Shown here piece by piece: positions 30,073 through 42,404 of a stretch of DNA of 64,000 nucleotides. The notes beneath the pieces were generated by a model. That model did not search any database, was not told the origin of the DNA, and was given only the letters and a program-made list of their open reading frames with translations. The stretch is from Spirochaetaceae bacterium (GTDB lineage Bacteria > Spirochaetota > Spirochaetia > CADAEX01), in assembly GCA_009780675.1 (NCBI GenBank), contig WQZP01000003.1:27427-91426 (forward strand), given 5' to 3'. The translations under genes and the position numbers were made by a program. Within the stretch, counting starts at the first letter, position 1. Each line of letters opens with the position of its first letter.

Positions 30073-30441
30073 TTAAAGAACTTCCGGAGCAAGAGAAATA
30101 ATTTTCATGTAATTAGTATCTCTGAGCTCTCTTGCAACAGGCCCAAAAATTCTTTTTCCCCTCGGATTCATGGCCTGGTCAAGAATAACACAGGCATTAT
30201 CATCAAACCTTATATTTGTTCCGTCAGGCCTTTTAACCTTATTTGTAGTACGAACTATAACAGCTTTATGAACATCGCCTTTTTTTACAGGCGCATTTGG
30301 AATAGCATCTTTTACTGCTACTACAATTATATCGCCGATTTTCGCAGTTCTTTTTTTGCTGCCGCCCAGTACTTTTATGCACTGTACAATTTTGGCGCCA
30401 CTATTATCTGCAACATTAAGATATGTTTGCATCTGTATCAT
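30073..30441 (-). CDS. rplN: 50S ribosomal protein L14
   Basis: [17 protein letters not shown]... Confidence 0.95.
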   Translation of the reverse strand: MIQMQTYLNVADNSGAKIVQCIKVLGGSKKRTAKIGDIIVVAVKDAIPNAPVKKGDVHKAVIVRTTNKVKRPDGTNIRFDDNACVILDQAMNPRGKRIFGPVARELRDTNYMKIISLAPEVL

Positions 30442-30486
30442 ATCTTTCCTACTCCTTCCAGCTTCACCGTATTTTCTTCAGTTTAA

Positions 30487-30759
30487 TTATTTAGCTTTTT
30501 CAATAATTTCAAGAAGCTGCCAGCATTTTTCCCTGCTTATAGGCCTGGACTGGATCACTCTCACTTTATCGCCAGATTTTGCCTCATTTTTTTCATCATG
30601 AGCCTTAACCTTTTTTGTGCTAATAACATATTTTTTATACAATCTATGAAGCTTTCTCTTCTCGATTGCCACAACAATTGTTTTATCCATTTTATCGCTG
30701 ACAACAACACCGCTATAAATTTTCTTGTTCGTTTTTTTATTTTCCTGGCTATTTTCCAC
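30487..30759 (-). CDS. rpsQ: 30S ribosomal protein S17
   Basis: ...[19 protein letters not shown]... Confidence 0.9.
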   Translation of the reverse strand: MENSQENKKTNKKIYSGVVVSDKMDKTIVVAIEKRKLHRLYKKYVISTKKVKAHDEKNEAKSGDKVRVIQSRPISREKCWQLLEIIEKAK

Positions 30760-30768
30760 TTTGATCTC

Positions 30769-30969
30769 CTAAACCTTTCTAATTCCAAGATCATTTTCAT
30801 GAATTAATGTCTTAAGCCGCGCTATTTTCCGTCTTATACTTCTTTTTTCGAGCGGATTCTCAATATGACCAAGCACTGATTTAAATCTTAAATCCATATA
30901 TTTTTTTGTAAGTTCGTTATATTTGGAATTAAGCTCTTCATATGTTAAATCTTTAAAATTTTCTTTCAT
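30769..30969 (-). CDS. rpmC: 50S ribosomal protein L29
   Basis: MKENFKDLTYEELNSKYNELTKKYMDLRF...; the start is set at an internal Met to avoid overlapping rplP. Confidence 0.88.
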   Translation of the reverse strand: MKENFKDLTYEELNSKYNELTKKYMDLRFKSVLGHIENPLEKRSIRRKIARLKTLIHENDLGIRKV

Positions 30970-30973
30970 ACTT

Positions 30974-31396
30974 CTACTCCAGATCTCTTCTTGCAACAAA
31001 TCTTGTTTTTATAGGAAGCTTGCTTCCTGCAAGTGTCATTGCTTCAAGTGCAAGTTCTTTTGGAATACCACCCATTTCAAACATAACAGTCCCGGGCTTC
31101 ACAACTGCAACCCAATACTCAGGATTACCTTTTCCTTTTCCCATTCTTGTTTCTGCTGGTTTTTTTGTGAATGGCATATCAGGGAAAATTCTGATCCAAA
31201 CCTTACCGCCTCTTTTTATCTTTCTTGTCATTGCAATTCTGGCTGCTTCGATTTGCCTGTTTGTAACCCACTTTGGTTCAAGCGCTACAAGACCAAAATC
31301 GCCAAATGCAACTGTATTCTTTCTTGATGCTGCTACAAACAGAGACGAAACATTTCGCATCTTTTTTCTATATCTCGTTCTTTTAGGACTAAGCAT
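30974..31396 (-). CDS. rplP: 50S ribosomal protein L16
   Basis: [15 protein letters not shown]... Confidence 0.93.
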   Translation of the reverse strand: MLSPKRTRYRKKMRNVSSLFVAASRKNTVAFGDFGLVALEPKWVTNRQIEAARIAMTRKIKRGGKVWIRIFPDMPFTKKPAETRMGKGKGNPEYWVAVVKPGTVMFEMGGIPKELALEAMTLAGSKLPIKTRFVARRDLE

Positions 31397-31402
31397 TTCC
31401 CA

Positions 31403-32104
31403 CTACTCCTTGTCACCGGTTCTTGTCTTTTTCTTTTTTACCAGTGCGCCGGCATCTTCTTTTATATCTTTCTTGTAAACTTCACCATGGAAGACCCAAA
31501 CTTTTACACCTATTGCACCAAAAGTTGTAAATGCTTCGGAAAAACCATAATCAATATTTGCCCTAAAAGTATGAAGAGGAACCCGGCCTTCTTTATATTG
31601 CTGCACTCTTGCCATTTCTGCACCAGCAAGACGTCCTGCTATTCTTATTTTTATACCCTGAGCCCCGCCCCTTAAAGCATTATTGATTGCAGATTTTAGC
31701 ACTTTTCTAAAAGATCCTTTTGACTTCAACTGCTTCGCAATGTTTTCTGATATTATCTGCGCATTAGTTTCTGCTTTTTTAAGTTCTTTTATTTTAAGCT
31801 GTATTTTTTTGCCAGCTTCTTTTTGAAGTTTTTCGCCAATTTTTTCTATTGTGGCGCCTTTTGCTCCAATCAATACTCCAGGCCTTGCACTTTCTATTAC
31901 TACTGTTATTCGCTGAGGCTGTCTTACAATCTCAACATTTGCGATTTCAGCGCTTTTGGTTTCAGGAATTTCTATTAAAACCTTTCTAAGACGAAGATCT
32001 TCATGAAGTGTATCAGCATACTCTCTGGGATCTACATACCATTTTGACTTCCAGGTTTTATTTATACCAAGTCTTAAACCTATTGGATTAACTTTCTGTC
32101 CCAA
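31403..32104 (-). CDS. rpsC: 30S ribosomal protein S3
   Basis: MGQKVNPIGLRLGINKTWKSKWY... Confidence 0.95.
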   Translation of the reverse strand: MGQKVNPIGLRLGINKTWKSKWYVDPREYADTLHEDLRLRKVLIEIPETKSAEIANVEIVRQPQRITVVIESARPGVLIGAKGATIEKIGEKLQKEAGKKIQLKIKELKKAETNAQIISENIAKQLKSKGSFRKVLKSAINNALRGGAQGIKIRIAGRLAGAEMARVQQYKEGRVPLHTFRANIDYGFSEAFTTFGAIGVKVWVFHGEVYKKDIKEDAGALVKKKKTRTGDKE

Positions 32105-32105
32105 C

Positions 32106-32471
32106 TTATTTCTCCCCCATCACTGCTATTTCATCAACAACAACAGATATATGACTCATTCTTTTCAAAAGAATGTCTCTCTTTCCGCGAGCTCTGACCC
32201 AAAGTCTTCTAAGTCTTGGCCCATCGCTTACCTGAAGGTCCTTTATATAAAGCATCTCTTCATCCAGTTTTTTATTTTGAAAAAGAGCATTTGCTGCTGC
32301 AGACTGAATAACTTTTTTAAGAATTCTTGCCCCTTTATTTGGTATTGCATCAAGTTTTGCAAGAGCCTCTGTATACTGAATGTTTCTTACCACATCTGCA
32401 ACCGGTCTTACCTTTCTTGGTGAAACCATAAGATATTTAGCCACAGCTTTATATCCTTTTTTAGCTTCCAT
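32106..32471 (-). CDS. rplV: 50S ribosomal protein L22
   Basis: MEAKKGYKAVAKYLMVSPRKVR... Confidence 0.9.
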   Translation of the reverse strand: MEAKKGYKAVAKYLMVSPRKVRPVADVVRNIQYTEALAKLDAIPNKGARILKKVIQSAAANALFQNKKLDEEMLYIKDLQVSDGPRLRRLWVRARGKRDILLKRMSHISVVVDEIAVMGEK

Positions 32472-32498
32472 ATTAAACACCTATCTCCTTAATCAACA

Positions 32499-32780
32499 TC
32501 AAGCCTTTTTGGCTTTTTTATCAGAAGCTGAATGACCTCTATAAAACCTGGTAGGTGAAAATTCACCTAACTTATGTCCAACCAAATTCTCTGTAATATA
32601 AACAGGGATCCAGGTTTTTCCATTATATACAGATATTGTAAAACCAACCATTTCGGGTATAACTGTTGAACACCTGGAGTAAGACTTAATCATCTTTTTA
32701 TCTCCGGACTTTCCCATTTCAATAACTCTTTTATAAAGCTTTTTTTCTATAAAAGGCCCTTTTTTTACTGATCTAGACAC
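32499..32780 (-). CDS. rpsS: 30S ribosomal protein S19
   Basis: [15 protein letters not shown]... Confidence 0.95.
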   Translation of the reverse strand: MSRSVKKGPFIEKKLYKRVIEMGKSGDKKMIKSYSRCSTVIPEMVGFTISVYNGKTWIPVYITENLVGHKLGEFSPTRFYRGHSASDKKAKKA

Positions 32781-32789
32781 ACTTATCTC

Positions 32790-33614
32790 CTACTTTCGCT
32801 TTTTTACTATATATTTACTGGACAGCTTTCTCTTGCTTCTTGTTTTATAACCTTTTGTTGGTTTACCCCAAGGAGTAACCGGGTGACGCCCGCCGGAAGT
32901 TCTTCCTTCTCCACCACCATGCGGATGGTCATGCGGATTCATTGCAACACCTCTAACTTTAGGTCTTTTTCCAAGCCATCTTGTTCTTCCTGCTTTTCCA
33001 ATTGAAACATTCATATGGTCTTCATTGCCCACAGTACCTACAGTCGCATAACATTTATGAAAAACCATCCTCATTTCTCCAGAGGGAAGCTTTACTGTAA
33101 TATAATCACCTTCTTTAGCAACAACTACCGCGCTTGTACCTGCGGATCTTACAAGTTGCCCACCCCTTCCAAATTGAAGTTCAACATTATGAATTTCAAT
33201 ACCAAGAGGTATTTTATCAAGGGGAAGCGCATTTCCAGGTTTCACAGGAGAAGCATCACCGCTTTGGATCATATCTCCTACCTTGAGCCCTTTAGGAGCA
33301 AGAATATATCTTTTTTCTCCATCAACATAATAAATTAACGCAATATTGGCGCTTCTGTTTGGATCATATTCAATCTGCGCTACTTTTCCGGGTACACCAA
33401 ATTTATCTCTTTTAAAATCGATAAATCTATATTTCTTTTTATGTCCGCCGCCTCTTCTTCTTACACTTATTCTTCCGCTTGCTCCGCGCCCTGCTTTAGA
33501 GCCCATCCCTTTTGAAAGGCCCTTTTCCGGCTTATCAGTCGTTATCTCATCTTTAACAAGCGTTGTCTTTGTTCGCAAACCCGGCGTGCTGGGTTTATAC
33601 TTCTTAATACCCAC
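32790..33614 (-). CDS. rplB: 50S ribosomal protein L2
   Basis: ...HPHGGGEG... signature. The track ORF starts at TTG 33635. The GTG at 33612-33614, preceded by AGGGGG (9 nt), gives the canonical N-terminus (M)[11 protein letters not shown] and is preferred. Confidence 0.88.
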   Translation of the reverse strand: MGIKKYKPSTPGLRTKTTLVKDEITTDKPEKGLSKGMGSKAGRGASGRISVRRRGGGHKKKYRFIDFKRDKFGVPGKVAQIEYDPNRSANIALIYYVDGEKRYILAPKGLKVGDMIQSGDASPVKPGNALPLDKIPLGIEIHNVELQFGRGGQLVRSAGTSAVVVAKEGDYITVKLPSGEMRMVFHKCYATVGTVGNEDHMNVSIGKAGRTRWLGKRPKVRGVAMNPHDHPHGGGEGRTSGGRHPVTPWGKPTKGYKTRSKRKLSSKYIVKKRK

Positions 33615-33631
33615 TTTTAAAAGCCCCCTAA

Positions 33632-33934
33632 TCAAACACCTTCAAAAATATCTATTTTTTCGCCAGGAGAGAGGGTTACAATGGCTTTTTTCCATGCAGC
33701 TTTCTCTCCTTCTCTGAATCCGGATTTTGTTCTTGAAGTTTTCTTCTTACTTTTTACCCATGCAACATTGCATGCTACCGGCTTTACATTAAACATTTTT
33801 CTTACAGCATCCATAACCTGAAACTTGTTAGCTTCTGGCGTGATCCTGAAAGCATATTTAAAACTCTTGGCTTCTCTCATTGCATTTGTTTTTTCTGTAA
33901 CAACAGGTTCAATAAGAATACTTTCTACTTTCAT
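33632..33934 (-). CDS. rplW: 50S ribosomal protein L23
   Basis: 100 aa; lies between rplD and rplB. Confidence 0.9.
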   Translation of the reverse strand: MKVESILIEPVVTEKTNAMREAKSFKYAFRITPEANKFQVMDAVRKMFNVKPVACNVAWVKSKKKTSRTKSGFREGEKAAWKKAIVTLSPGEKIDIFEGV

Positions 33935-34575
33935 TCTGCTGCCCCCTGTCGTGTCTTGCCATAAAAATCATTAAGCTTGAGAGCTGCTGACTCCATAAGC
34001 AAAATATTTTTTCCATAAAACAGATCATGCGCACGCAGCCTGTCGTATGAAAGAAAAGAAAGCCATGGAATATTTTTTCCCGCTCTTTTGATTATGCTGT
34101 CATTATCTTTAAGAATCAGAACTGTTCTTTCTTTATTAACAAGATTTTTTAAAATTGAAGCAATGTCTTTGGTTTTTCCGCTTTCAACTGTAAAATCTTC
34201 AACAACTTTTATGCTGTTATTTTTATTTTTAAGGCTTAATACAGATTTCATTGCGCTCTGCTTCATGGTCTTCGGCATTTTATAACTATAATCTCTTGGT
34301 TTTGGTCCAAACACAACACCACCATGAACCCAAATAGGGCTTCTTCTGCGCCCTGATCTTGCATTGCCAGTACCTTTTTGCGACCATGGCTTTGCAGTAC
34401 TGCCCCTAACCTCGGCCCTGCCTTTTGTTGAAGCAGTTCCAACTCTCATATTTGCAAGTTCATTATTAATTGCGTAATATATTGTGCCTTCGCTTACTTC
34501 ACAATTAAAAACCGCGTCATCAAGATTAATTGTTTTTATCTCTTCGCCTTTTACCGAAAAGACTTTAACTTCCAT
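33931..34575 (-). CDS. rplD: 50S ribosomal protein L4
   Basis: 214 aa; shows L4 family similarity; S10 operon order. Confidence 0.92.
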   Translation of the reverse strand: MEVKVFSVKGEEIKTINLDDAVFNCEVSEGTIYYAINNELANMRVGTASTKGRAEVRGSTAKPWSQKGTGNARSGRRRSPIWVHGGVVFGPKPRDYSYKMPKTMKQSAMKSVLSLKNKNNSIKVVEDFTVESGKTKDIASILKNLVNKERTVLILKDNDSIIKRAGKNIPWLSFLSYDRLRAHDLFYGKNILLMESAALKLNDFYGKTRQGAAE

Positions 34576-34588
34576 TTTCTTCCTCTGC

Positions 34589-35206
34589 CTATTTTATACT
34601 TTTTCGTACCATAACAATACTTTTATTAACACCAGGCACTGCACCAGCTACTAATAAAACCTTATTCTCAACATCTATTTTTACTACTTTAAGATTTTGA
34701 ATCGTTACTTTATCATTCCCCATTCTTCCGGCCATTTTCTTGTTTTTAAATGTCCTTGCAGGAAATGTATTTTGTCCGGTTCCCCCGGCTTCTCTATGAA
34801 ATTTAGAACCATGGCTTGCTCTTCCGCCGCCAAAATTGTGCCGCTTCATTACACCCTGAAAACCTTTTCCTTTTGACATACCAGTAACATCCACAGTATC
34901 AGCATCCTTAAATAACTCAATACCTAACTTGTCACCAGCCTTGCACTCAACTCCAAAGTCTCTCATTTCTTTCAGATGTTTTTTAGGCTCAACCCCTTCT
35001 TCGAATTGCCCCAATTCCGGCTTTGTCAATCTTTGTTTTTTTACTTCGCCATAACCAAGGACAACAGAACTATAACCATTTTTTTCGGGTGTTCTCTGCT
35101 CTACCACAAGATTCTCATCTATTTTTATAACAGTCACAGGCGTAAGCACACCTTTCTCATCAAAAATCTGAGTCATTCCAATTTTCTCAGCAATCACCCC
35201 AATCAT
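34589..35206 (-). CDS. rplC: 50S ribosomal protein L3
   Basis: ...KIGMTQIF... Confidence 0.93.
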   Translation of the reverse strand: MIGVIAEKIGMTQIFDEKGVLTPVTVIKIDENLVVEQRTPEKNGYSSVVLGYGEVKKQRLTKPELGQFEEGVEPKKHLKEMRDFGVECKAGDKLGIELFKDADTVDVTGMSKGKGFQGVMKRHNFGGGRASHGSKFHREAGGTGQNTFPARTFKNKKMAGRMGNDKVTIQNLKVVKIDVENKVLLVAGAVPGVNKSIVMVRKSIK

Positions 35207-35221
35207 TTTTCACCCCAAAAC

Positions 35222-35530
35222 TTACTGTTTTATTTCAACATCAACGCCTGCTGGAAGTTCAAGCTTCATTAAAGCATCCATTACTGCAGATGTTGGTTCC
35301 AGTATATCAATCAGCCGCTTATGCGTTCTCATCTCAAACTGTTCTCTTGATTTCTTATTTACAAATGGCGATTTCAACACTGTATATTTGCTAATTTTTG
35401 TAGGCAATGGTATTGGACCAGCCACTTTTGATCCAGCCTTCACAACTGTCTGAACTATTGATTTAGCGCTTTGATCTATAAGCTCAACATCAAAACCTCT
35501 AAGCCTTACCCTAATGCGCTCTTCAGCCAT
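35222..35530 (-). CDS. rpsJ: 30S ribosomal protein S10
   Basis: [14 protein letters not shown]... Confidence 0.95.
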   Translation of the reverse strand: MAEERIRVRLRGFDVELIDQSAKSIVQTVVKAGSKVAGPIPLPTKISKYTVLKSPFVNKKSREQFEMRTHKRLIDILEPTSAVMDALMKLELPAGVDVEIKQ

Positions 35531-35553
35531 TTTTCCTCCTGAGAAAAATCAGC

Positions 35554-35577
35554 CCCCTATTAATTAAAAACAGGGGG
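35554..35577 (-). terminator. hairpin (cccccu/aggggg stem) with partial U-tract between tuf and rpsJ; candidate attenuator/terminator
   Basis: The minus strand reads cccccTgtttttaattaatAggggg followed by cugauuuuu. It lies in the 60-nt tuf-rpsJ spacer, just before the AGGAGG SD of rpsJ. Confidence 0.4.
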
Positions 35578-35590
35578 TCATGCTTTCTAA

Positions 35591-36775
35591 TTATTCTAAA
35601 ACCTCAATTACCTGGCCTGAAGCAACTGTTCTCCCACCTTCCCTGATAGCAAATCTTAATCCTTTTTCCATAGCAATTGGATAGATAAGCTCAACATCAA
35701 GTTCCGTGTTGTCACCTGGCATAACCATCTGCTTATCAGCAGGAAGCGTTACTGAACCTGTAATATCTGTAGTTCTGAAATAGAACTGCGGTCTATATCC
35801 TGTAAAGAATGGATTGTGCCTTCCACCCTCTTCTTTTGTTAAACAATAAATAGTGCCCTTAAATTTCTTATGCGGCTTTATCGAGCCTGGCTTGGCAAGA
35901 ACCTGTCCTCTTTCAACATCATTTTTATCAATACCCCTAAGAAGACCACCGATGTTATCTCCTGCTTCTCCCTGATCAAGTATTTTGTTGAACATCTCAA
36001 CGCCAGTACATGTTGTCTTTTTTGTATCTCTAATACCAACGATTTCAATTTCATCGCCAACTTTTACTATACCTCTTTCGATCCTTCCTGTTACTACAGT
36101 ACCCCTGCCCTGAATAGAGAAAACATCTTCTACTGGCATAAGGAAAGGTTTGTCAACCAATCTTTCCGGAATTGGGAAGTAAGTATCCATTGCATCAAGA
36201 AGGTCCTGAATACATTTAGTAGATTCTGGATCATCAAGATTTGTCATAGCTTTAAAAGCAGATCCTTTAATAATAGGACACTTGGAATCAAAACCATATG
36301 ATTCAAGAAGTTCCTGTACTTCAACTTCTACAAGTTCAACAAGTTCTGGATCCGCAATATCCATTTTGTTCAAAAAAACAATAAGTTTTGGAACTCCTAC
36401 CTGTCTTGCAAGAAGAATATGCTCTCTTGTCTGTGGTTCGGGCCCTGAGTCAGCAGCAACAAGAATTACAGCTCCATCCATCTGAGCAGCACCTGTAATC
36501 ATATTCTTTATATAGTCAGCGTGCCCAGGGCAGTCTACGTGAGCGTAGTGCCTTTTATCTGTCACATATTCAACGTGTCTTGTGTTGATTGTAATACCGC
36601 GCGCTCTTTCTTCCGGAGCATTATCAATATCATCATAACTCATTACTTTTCCACCCTGCTTCTTTGCAGAAAATGCAGTAAGAGCAGCAGTAAGAGTTGT
36701 CTTTCCATGGTCAACATGCCCAATAGTACCAACATTAATATGCGGCTTAGTCCTTTCAAACTTTTCTTTAGCCAT
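35591..36775 (-). CDS. tuf: elongation factor Tu
   Basis: [32 protein letters not shown]...; 394 aa; ATG verified. Confidence 0.97.
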   Translation of the reverse strand: MAKEKFERTKPHINVGTIGHVDHGKTTLTAALTAFSAKKQGGKVMSYDDIDNAPEERARGITINTRHVEYVTDKRHYAHVDCPGHADYIKNMITGAAQMDGAVILVAADSGPEPQTREHILLARQVGVPKLIVFLNKMDIADPELVELVEVEVQELLESYGFDSKCPIIKGSAFKAMTNLDDPESTKCIQDLLDAMDTYFPIPERLVDKPFLMPVEDVFSIQGRGTVVTGRIERGIVKVGDEIEIVGIRDTKKTTCTGVEMFNKILDQGEAGDNIGGLLRGIDKNDVERGQVLAKPGSIKPHKKFKGTIYCLTKEEGGRHNPFFTGYRPQFYFRTTDITGSVTLPADKQMVMPGDNTELDVELIYPIAMEKGLRFAIREGGRTVASGQVIEVLE

Positions 36776-37082
36776 CAGCTTCTCCTTTTAAATACATTCA
36801 CTTTTAACAAATTGTGTTTCATGGATATACCCATGAAATCACACTTAAATTTTTAATATTATGGGGTAAAAATGATGACTTCCTTATCTTGAAATTTCTG
36901 AAAAAATTAAAAGATTAAAAGGTCCACCACCTTACCACCCTTATAACGAGATATAGCATTCGGACGCTAGACCTCACAGAATGATTGGTTTGGTTAAAAC
37001 CACAAGCTAAATCATATACATAAGATAGCTTTTGTGCAATCCCCCTGCAAAAAACAAGGAAATTTTATTATTTATGAAAAGA

Positions 37083-37553
37083 TTACCATCTATAATGAGA
37101 AAAAGCTTTGTTTGCCTCTGCCATTTTATGTGTATCTTCTTTTTTCTTGAAAGCTGTTCCTGTAGAGTTAAATGCATCTACCAGTTCTGCCCCAAGTTTT
37201 TCGCTCATAGATCTGCCGCTTCTTGCTCTGGCAGCATTAATTATCCAACGAGTTGCAAGCGCTTCTCTTCTTGATTCCCTAATTTCAACAGGAACCTGAT
37301 AAGTTGATCCCCCAACTCTTCTGGATTTTACTTCAACAACAGGTTTTACTTTATCCATTGCTTCATTAAATGCTTCAACAGGCCCTTTTTGGGTTTTGGA
37401 ACTTAATATATCAAGAGCTCCGTACATGATAGTTTTGCTTACTGCCTTTTTACCGCTTATCATCATTCTTGTAATGAATTTAGCTATAAATGGGCTGTTA
37501 TACTTTGGATCAGAAAGTTCTTGTATCCTTCTTGCGATATTTTTTCTAGACAT
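37083..37553 (-). CDS. rpsG: 30S ribosomal protein S7
   Basis: [10 protein letters not shown]... Confidence 0.95.
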   Translation of the reverse strand: MSRKNIARRIQELSDPKYNSPFIAKFITRMMISGKKAVSKTIMYGALDILSSKTQKGPVEAFNEAMDKVKPVVEVKSRRVGGSTYQVPVEIRESRREALATRWIINAARARSGRSMSEKLGAELVDAFNSTGTAFKKKEDTHKMAEANKAFSHYRW

Positions 37554-37566
37554 ATATCAAACCCCA

Positions 37567-37941
37567 CTACGCCTTTGGTCTCTTTGTTCCATACTTAGAT
37601 CTTGATCTCTTTCTGTCTTCAACACCAAGGGTATCTTTAGCGCCTCTAACAATATGATATCTAACACCAGGAAGGTCTTTTACTCTTCCGCCTCTTAAAA
37701 GTATTACTGAGTGCTCCTGAAGATTATGACCAATACCCGGAATATAAGCAGTAACCTCAATACCATTAGACAATCTAACCCTTGCTACTTTTCTCAAAGC
37801 TGAATTAGGTTTCTTGGGAGTTACAGTCATAACTCTTGTACAAACCCCTCTTTTTTGAGGACAGCTACTAAGCGCAGGAGCTTTTGTCTTTTTAGTAACC
37901 TTTTTTCTACCTTTTCTAATTAATTGATTAATAGTTGGCAT
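37567..37941 (-). CDS. rpsL: 30S ribosomal protein S12
   Basis: [14 protein letters not shown]... Confidence 0.96.
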   Translation of the reverse strand: MPTINQLIRKGRKKVTKKTKAPALSSCPQKRGVCTRVMTVTPKKPNSALRKVARVRLSNGIEVTAYIPGIGHNLQEHSVILLRGGRVKDLPGVRYHIVRGAKDTLGVEDRKRSRSKYGTKRPKA

Positions 37942-38113
37942 TTACCAAATTATCTCCTAGTAAAATTTTATCAAGCAGCCATACTGCCAATATTTTAAGT
38001 GAATGAAGGTTAACAACCCTATTCAAAAAAGTCAATAGGTTATTCCCTATTTAACAAAATGTTTATTAATTTAATGCTTTAGCAATCAAGCAAAGCATTT
38101 AAAACCTATAATT

Positions 38114-41100
38114 TTAATCAAGATCATCAATACTATGCTGTTTTGGCTGACTGGCAGATGATTCTACCTCTTCTTTTTTTCTTGCCTCAATTATTCCTTG
38201 TATCGATGCATCAAGATCTTCGCTGTTTTCATCATACAGCTTTATATTTCTATACATTTTTTGCCCTGTTCCAGCAGGAATAAGGTGTCCAATAATAATA
38301 TTTTCTTTAAGACCTCTTAAATTATCAACTTTTCCTGCAATTGCAGCATTTGTAAGAACTCTTGTTGTCTCCTGGAATGATGCAGCTGACAAAAATGATT
38401 CTATATTAAGAGAAGCTCTTGTAATTCCAAGAAGAAGGGGTTTCGCAATTGCTGGTTCGCCTCCCTCTCTAATTACTTTTGCATTTTCCTCATGGAATTT
38501 ATATTTATCAACCTGATGACCATGGATAAAACTGGTATCTCCAACATGGGTGATTTCAATTTTTCTCATCATCTGCCTGATAATCATACCTATATGTTTA
38601 TCATTGATACTTACACCCTGAAGCCTGTAAACTTCCTGAACTTCATCCATAAGGAATCTGTGGAGAACATTTTCTCCAAGTATATCAAGAATATCATGCG
38701 GGTCAAGGTCGCCTTCACAAAGAGGCTCGCCTGCTTCAACAATATCCCCATCTCTTACAAGAAGGTGTTTTCCCATTGGAACAAGATGTTTAAACTCTAT
38801 ATCCCTGTCATCTGTTATGATAATAAGTCTTTTACCCTTGACTATGCTATCAAACTTGACTTTTCCTGTTATCTGCGCAAGTACAGCAATGTTTTTCGGC
38901 TTTCTTGCTTCAAAAAGCTCTCCAACCCTTGGAAGACCTCCGGTAATATCTCTTGTCTTAACACTTTCTTTAAGAAGTTTTGCAAGAGTCCTTCCTGCTT
39001 CTATTTTCGCTCCATCATCAACATTTATATATGAAGAACCTGGCAAATAATAGACCGCAAGCTCTATACCATCTTCATCTTCTATTACAATGCGCGGCTG
39101 AAGTGTTTCAAGAGTATATTCTATAATCTTTTTCTCAATGTTACCACTATCTTCGTTTATTTCTTCTCTTAATGTAGTTCCAAGAATAATATCGTGGTAT
39201 TTTACTACACCAGAATATTCAGCAATAATAGGTTCAGAGAATGGGTCAAATCTTGCTATTGATGCTTCCGGCGGAATAGCTGCGCCTTCATGGACAAGAA
39301 GCTCTGCTCCATTTCTGATTTCCACTTTTTGTTCCTGCGCAACAAGATATAATATGCCTTCTTTGATTACAACATATGCTATTTCTTTTGCAAGAATATC
39401 CTGATTTTCCCTTCTTACTATAGGATTTCCAGGTATTACTTTATTGCCATCACTTATAAGCACTTCATCGCTTTCTTTAAGCTCAACAGAATCAAGTATT
39501 TTACTTACAAGTATATAGCCCTTTCTTGTAAAAAGAGTTATATCATTTTCTATTTTTACAGTATTGCCTGATATTTTCCCTATAAGAACAGGATATTTAA
39601 GATAAACCTTGTTCTCCTCGCTCGCTTTTGTCGCAGCTCCTCCAATATGGAAGGTTCTCATTGTAAGCTGTGTTCCTGGCTGCCCGATCGACTGCGCAGC
39701 TATAATACCTACAGCTTCTCCGATCTCAACAGTTTTATTGGTTGCAAGGTTTCTTCCATAACACTTTTGGCAAACCCCAAAGCGCGAATCACAGGTAAGT
39801 ACGCTTCTTATTCTTACTGTTTCAATACCAACTTCTTCAATAATTTTTGCCATTTCTTCAGTAATTTCCTGATTCACATTAAGAAGTATTTCGCCTGTAA
39901 TAGGGTGTTTAACCCTTTCAAGAGTGTATCTTCCTAAAATTCTGTCAGCAAGAGCCTGTACTATTTCTTCGCCATCTTTCAAGGCGCTTATCAGAATACC
40001 ATTTATAGTTCCGCAATCTTCTTCGTTTATTACAACATCCTGGGCAATATCTATAAGACGCCTTGTAAGATATCCTGCTTCTGCTGTTTTTAGAGCTGTA
40101 TCTGCAAGACCTTTTCTTGCTCCATTTGATGAAATAAAGAATTCTATAATCGAAAGACCTTCTTTGAAGTTTGACCTGATCGGAAGTTCTATAATATCTC
40201 CCGAAGGTTTAGCCATAAGGCCCCTCATTCCCGCAAGCTGCCTTAGCTGAGTTCTTGATCCTCTTGCTCCGGAGTTTGCCATCATATAAATAGGGTTAAA
40301 TCCCTGTCTGTCTTCTTTAAGAGTTTTCATAAGTACATTTGTAAGATCTTCGTTTGTCTTACTCCATACTTCAATAACCCTGTTGTACCTTTCTTCCTGC
40401 GTTATGTGCCCCTGGAGATACTGATTCTGAATAACGCCAACCTGCTTGTTTGCATCTTCAATAAGTTTTTTCTTTTCATCCGGAATTACAACATCTTCCA
40501 TACTTATTGTTGCGCCAAATTTTGTTGCGTATTTAAATCCAAGCGCTTTTACAGAATCAAGCATTTTTACTGTTGTATAAGCACCATACTTGTTATAGCA
40601 TCGCGCAATAAGTGCTTTAAGTTCTTTATCTGCAAGAGGATAATTTATAAATTCTATTTCTTCGGGCATCTCCTGGTTAAAAATAACCCTTCCCGGAGTT
40701 GTTTCAATATATTGGCCGTCTACTTTTATTTTACATACTGCCTGATACTCAAGTGATCTTGCTTCAAGAGCCATTAAAACTTCATCAAAAGAATAAAAAT
40801 AACGCCCTTCTCCTTTAGCTCCCTGCCTTGAAACTGTTAAATAGTTTATTCCCAAAACCATATCAAGAGACGGAAACACTATAGGGCTTCCGTTAGCCGG
40901 GTTCAAAAGGTTATTAACAGAAAGCATAAGTGTCCAGCACTCTATTTGCGCAGCTTGCGTAAGAGGCACGTGAACAGCCATCTGGTCACCATCAAAGTCT
41001 GCATTGTAAGCATGACACACAAGCGGGTGCAGCTTTATGGCTTTTCCCTGCACAAGAACCGGCTCAAAAGCCTGGATACCAAGCCTGTGAAGAGTAGGAG

Positions 41101-42343
41101 CTCTGTTCAATAGTACGGGATGCTCTTTTACAACTTCATCAAGAACAGACCACACTTCTGCGGTTTCCTGTTCTACAAGTGTTTTAGCTTTTTTAATATT
41201 ATAAACAACATCTTTTTCAACAAGTTTTTTCATTATAAAAGGCTTGTAAAGCTCAAGCGCCATTTTCGCAGGAAGACCGCACTGATGCAATTTAAGCTCT
41301 GGTCCTACAACAATTACTGAACGACCTGAATAGTCAACTCTTTTTCCAAGAAGGTTCTGTCTGAATCTTCCCTGCTTTCCTTTAAGCATATCTGAAAGTG
41401 ATTTAAGAGGTCTGTTTGCAGAACCTTTTACAACTTTCTTTTTCTTTGAGTTGTCAAACAGGGCATCTACTGCTTCCTGAAGCATTCTTTTCTCGTTCCT
41501 GATTATTATATCAGGAGCATTTAATGTCATAAGCCTTTTAAGCCTGTTATTTCTGTTTATTACTCTTCTGTAAAGATCATTAAGGTCTGATGTTGCAAAT
41601 CTTCCCCCTTCAAGCTGGACCATTGGCCTAAGCTCTGGCGGTATTACAGGAATTACATCAAGAATCATCCACTCAGGCTTGTTTCCTGAGTCTTTAAAAT
41701 TTTCAACAATTTCTATTCTTTTAAGAAGTCTGCGATCAGATTTTGCACCCTTTTCCACCATCTTTATTCTAAGTTCAGTAGAAAGCATATCCAGATCAAG
41801 GCCTTCAAGAAGTGTTCTTATAGCTTCTGCGCCAATCCCTGCTGTAAAGCTCATTCCATATCTTTCAGTTGCGATATTAAAATCTTCTTCAGAAAGGAGT
41901 TCATATTTTTTTAGTTCTGTATCGCCCGGATCAATTACTATATATTTTTCATAATAGAGAATCGACCTGAGTGAAGCTACTGTAAGATCAAGAAGAAGCC
42001 CCATCCTTGAAGGGACAGACCTATAGTACCATATATGCGATACAGGAGAAGCAAGCTCAATATGCCCCATCCTCTCTCGTCTTACTTTAAAATGCGTTAC
42101 TTCTACACCACATCTGTCGCAGATTACCCCTTTATACCGTATTGATTTAAATTTTCCGCAGTAACATTCCCATTCCTTGGTTGTTCCGAAAATTCTTTCG
42201 CAAAAAAGACCTTCTTTTTCTGGCCTAAGGGTTCTATAATTTATTGTTTCTGGTTTCTTTACTTCGCCATAAGACCATGCTCTTATTTGTTCCTGCGAAG
42301 CAAGTTTGATCATTATATTATCAAAATCTTGTATCTCTCTCAT
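38114..42343 (-). CDS. rpoC: DNA-directed RNA polymerase subunit beta'
   Basis: The start is set at the ATG 42341-43 ([16 protein letters not shown]...) with a GGAGAAGGGTG SD. The track ORF begins with GTG 3 codons upstream. The Zn-binding CxxC motifs and the NADFDGD motif are present. Confidence 0.96.
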   Translation of the reverse strand: MREIQDFDNIMIKLASQEQIRAWSYGEVKKPETINYRTLRPEKEGLFCERIFGTTKEWECYCGKFKSIRYKGVICDRCGVEVTHFKVRRERMGHIELASPVSHIWYYRSVPSRMGLLLDLTVASLRSILYYEKYIVIDPGDTELKKYELLSEEDFNIATERYGMSFTAGIGAEAIRTLLEGLDLDMLSTELRIKMVEKGAKSDRRLLKRIEIVENFKDSGNKPEWMILDVIPVIPPELRPMVQLEGGRFATSDLNDLYRRVINRNNRLKRLMTLNAPDIIIRNEKRMLQEAVDALFDNSKKKKVVKGSANRPLKSLSDMLKGKQGRFRQNLLGKRVDYSGRSVIVVGPELKLHQCGLPAKMALELYKPFIMKKLVEKDVVYNIKKAKTLVEQETAEVWSVLDEVVKEHPVLLNRAPTLHRLGIQAFEPVLVQGKAIKLHPLVCHAYNADFDGDQMAVHVPLTQAAQIECWTLMLSVNNLLNPANGSPIVFPSLDMVLGINYLTVSRQGAKGEGRYFYSFDEVLMALEARSLEYQAVCKIKVDGQYIETTPGRVIFNQEMPEEIEFINYPLADKELKALIARCYNKYGAYTTVKMLDSVKALGFKYATKFGATISMEDVVIPDEKKKLIEDANKQVGVIQNQYLQGHITQEERYNRVIEVWSKTNEDLTNVLMKTLKEDRQGFNPIYMMANSGARGSRTQLRQLAGMRGLMAKPSGDIIELPIRSNFKEGLSIIEFFISSNGARKGLADTALKTAEAGYLTRRLIDIAQDVVINEEDCGTINGILISALKDGEEIVQALADRILGRYTLERVKHPITGEILLNVNQEITEEMAKIIEEVGIETVRIRSVLTCDSRFGVCQKCYGRNLATNKTVEIGEAVGIIAAQSIGQPGTQLTMRTFHIGGAATKASEENKVYLKYPVLIGKISGNTVKIENDITLFTRKGYILVSKILDSVELKESDEVLISDGNKVIPGNPIVRRENQDILAKEIAYVVIKEGILYLVAQEQKVEIRNGAELLVHEGAAIPPEASIARFDPFSEPIIAEYSGVVKYHDIILGTTLREEINEDSGNIEKKIIEYTLETLQPRIVIEDEDGIELAVYYLPGSSYINVDDGAKIEAGRTLAKLLKESVKTRDITGGLPRVGELFEARKPKNIAVLAQITGKVKFDSIVKGKRLIIITDDRDIEFKHLVPMGKHLLVRDGDIVEAGEPLCEGDLDPHDILDILGENVLHRFLMDEVQEVYRLQGVSINDKHIGMIIRQMMRKIEITHVGDTSFIHGHQVDKYKFHEENAKVIREGGEPAIAKPLLLGITRASLNIESFLSAASFQETTRVLTNAAIAGKVDNLRGLKENIIIGHLIPAGTGQKMYRNIKLYDENSEDLDASIQGIIEARKKEEVESSASQPKQHSIDDLD

Positions 42344-42370
42344 TAAAAACACCCTTCTCCTAAATTAGGT

Positions 42371-42403
42371 AACCAATGATTAACTTGACGCAAATCATTG
42401 GTT
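42371..42403 (-). other. 11-bp-stem hairpin in rpoB-rpoC intergenic spacer (candidate RNA processing/attenuation site)
   Basis: Perfect inverted repeat aaccaatgatt / aatcattggtt with an 11-nt loop, adjacent to the rpoB stop. Confidence 0.4.
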
Positions 42404-42404
42404 T

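Noticed and set aside
38074-38098. Imperfect inverted repeats in the rpsL-rpoC spacer (atgctttagc...gcaaagcat; aaccctatt...aataggtt)
   Set aside because: They contain mismatches and have no U-tract on the transcribed strand. They may be processing sites but the evidence is too weak to call.
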